Below are positions 63,321-64,000 of a stretch of 64,000 nt of DNA, in pieces. Below the pieces are notes generated by a model that worked only from the letters and a program-made list of their open reading frames with translations, was not told the DNA's origin and ran no database searches. The stretch comes from Azolla caroliniana (Eukaryota > Plantae > Polypodiophyta). The stretch's first letter is position 1; each line of letters opens with the position of its first letter. Made by a program: the position numbers and the translations under genes. The DNA is taken from contig JBHGNT010000001.1 in NCBI GenBank assembly GCA_043228905.1, positions 23,188,001 to 23,252,000 on the forward strand, given 5' to 3'.

Positions 63321-64000
63321 CTATTTTGGCCGGACATATTCGTTTGACTCCTCTTCTAATTGGCTTAGGACTTCAAATTTATTGGACAAGGATGGATTAT
63401 TCATAATATTAGATTCACTAACTACTTCTAAAATGTTGGACTCATTTTTATTGTCATAGTGAATTTGATTTACCTGACGTCTCGGCCTACGGGAGCAATG
63501 AATGGCTATATGTCCTGGACCTCCACAATATAAGCACAGATGGTTTGCTCGACGACGTTGCTTCTCTTCGTCTGACAACGGTCCTCGTCGTTGAGTCATA
63601 TCGATCTCCATGGGTGTAGGACTATCCATTGGGACTGGACTACGTGTTTGCCTTGGAGTTGGAGCAGGGCTATACATTTGCCTTGGGGATGATTGCGTCG
63701 TTACTGATGCATCAGTTGGTGTGAATCTAGATCTTGTTATTTGTTGTTGTCGCTCACATCGACGCTCAAAAAGGCGATTATCACACCGTATTGCTCGACT
63801 AATAGCTTTTGTAAGTGACCTTGGATCCTCGGGGAAGGTAAGAAGTAAGTCTTTGACATCACTACGAAGGCCTGAACGGAATTGCTCCATTAGGGCTTGT
63901 TCATCCCAAGGAATATCGCTTGCGATGAGACGGAAATTGGCAGCATATGTTGAAGCTGGTTGATCACCTTGACGAAGTGTACGAATCTTGTTGATAGCTG
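63321..64000 (-). CDS. gag: Retrotransposon Gag, C-terminal part
   Basis: EQFRSGLRSDVKD, PTPMEID, RRRANHLCLYCGGPGHIAIHC (CCHC knuckle); TAG at 63321-63323. Confidence 0.92.
   Translation of the reverse strand, partial: AINKIRTLRQGDQPASTYAANFRLIASDIPWDEQALMEQFRSGLRSDVKDLLLTFPEDPRSLTKAISRAIRCDNRLFERRCERQQQITRSRFTPTDASVTTQSSPRQMYSPAPTPRQTRSPVPMDSPTPMEIDMTQRRGPLSDEEKQRRRANHLCLYCGGPGHIAIHCSRRPRRQVNQIHYDNKNESNILEVVSESNIMNNPSLSNKFEVLSQLEEESNEYVRPK

Larger units (their letters stand above)
59287..64000 (-). mobile_element. Young Ty3/Gypsy chromovirus (Tcn1/Sushi-like); 3' LTR 59287-59695; runs off the window
   Basis: LTR TGTCATGAAC...GGTTCTGACA on the minus strand; PPT GAAGGAGGGATAG; open gag and pol frames. 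Confidence 0.95.

Overview
Eukaryotic plant genomic DNA, probably a fern or other non-seed vascular plant (inferred from the PLS-PPR style and the Tcn1- and Phygy-like retroelements). It holds four host genes: the 3' two-thirds of TRAPPC8/TRS85 (+, 1550-13906), an intronless PLS-class PPR with a truncated E domain (+, 23318-25912), UBC13/UBC35-36 (-, 31349-27948, 8 exons, 153 aa) and a DUF676/ROG1-like alpha/beta-hydrolase (-, 46753 or 45627 to 41516). The rest is largely transposon-derived: LINE remnants in introns, several solo LTRs, a truncated Copia, degenerate and near-intact Ty3/Gypsy chromoviruses, a candidate CACTA shell, a Sola-like transposase relic and a multi-level nest at 47.5-64 kb. 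Highlights: (i) two homologous, same-phase alternative first coding exons plus a U12 intron in the hydrolase; (ii) a heat-shock-element array just upstream of the TATA box in the LTR of a Tcn1-like chromovirus with an open pol frame; (iii) a tRNA-Trp-primed gag-only LTR family carrying a repeat array instead of pol, with one copy inserted head-to-head in another; (iv) inverted LINE remnants flanking an in-frame 4-exon block of TRAPPC8. All boundaries were read by eye; no database searches were run.
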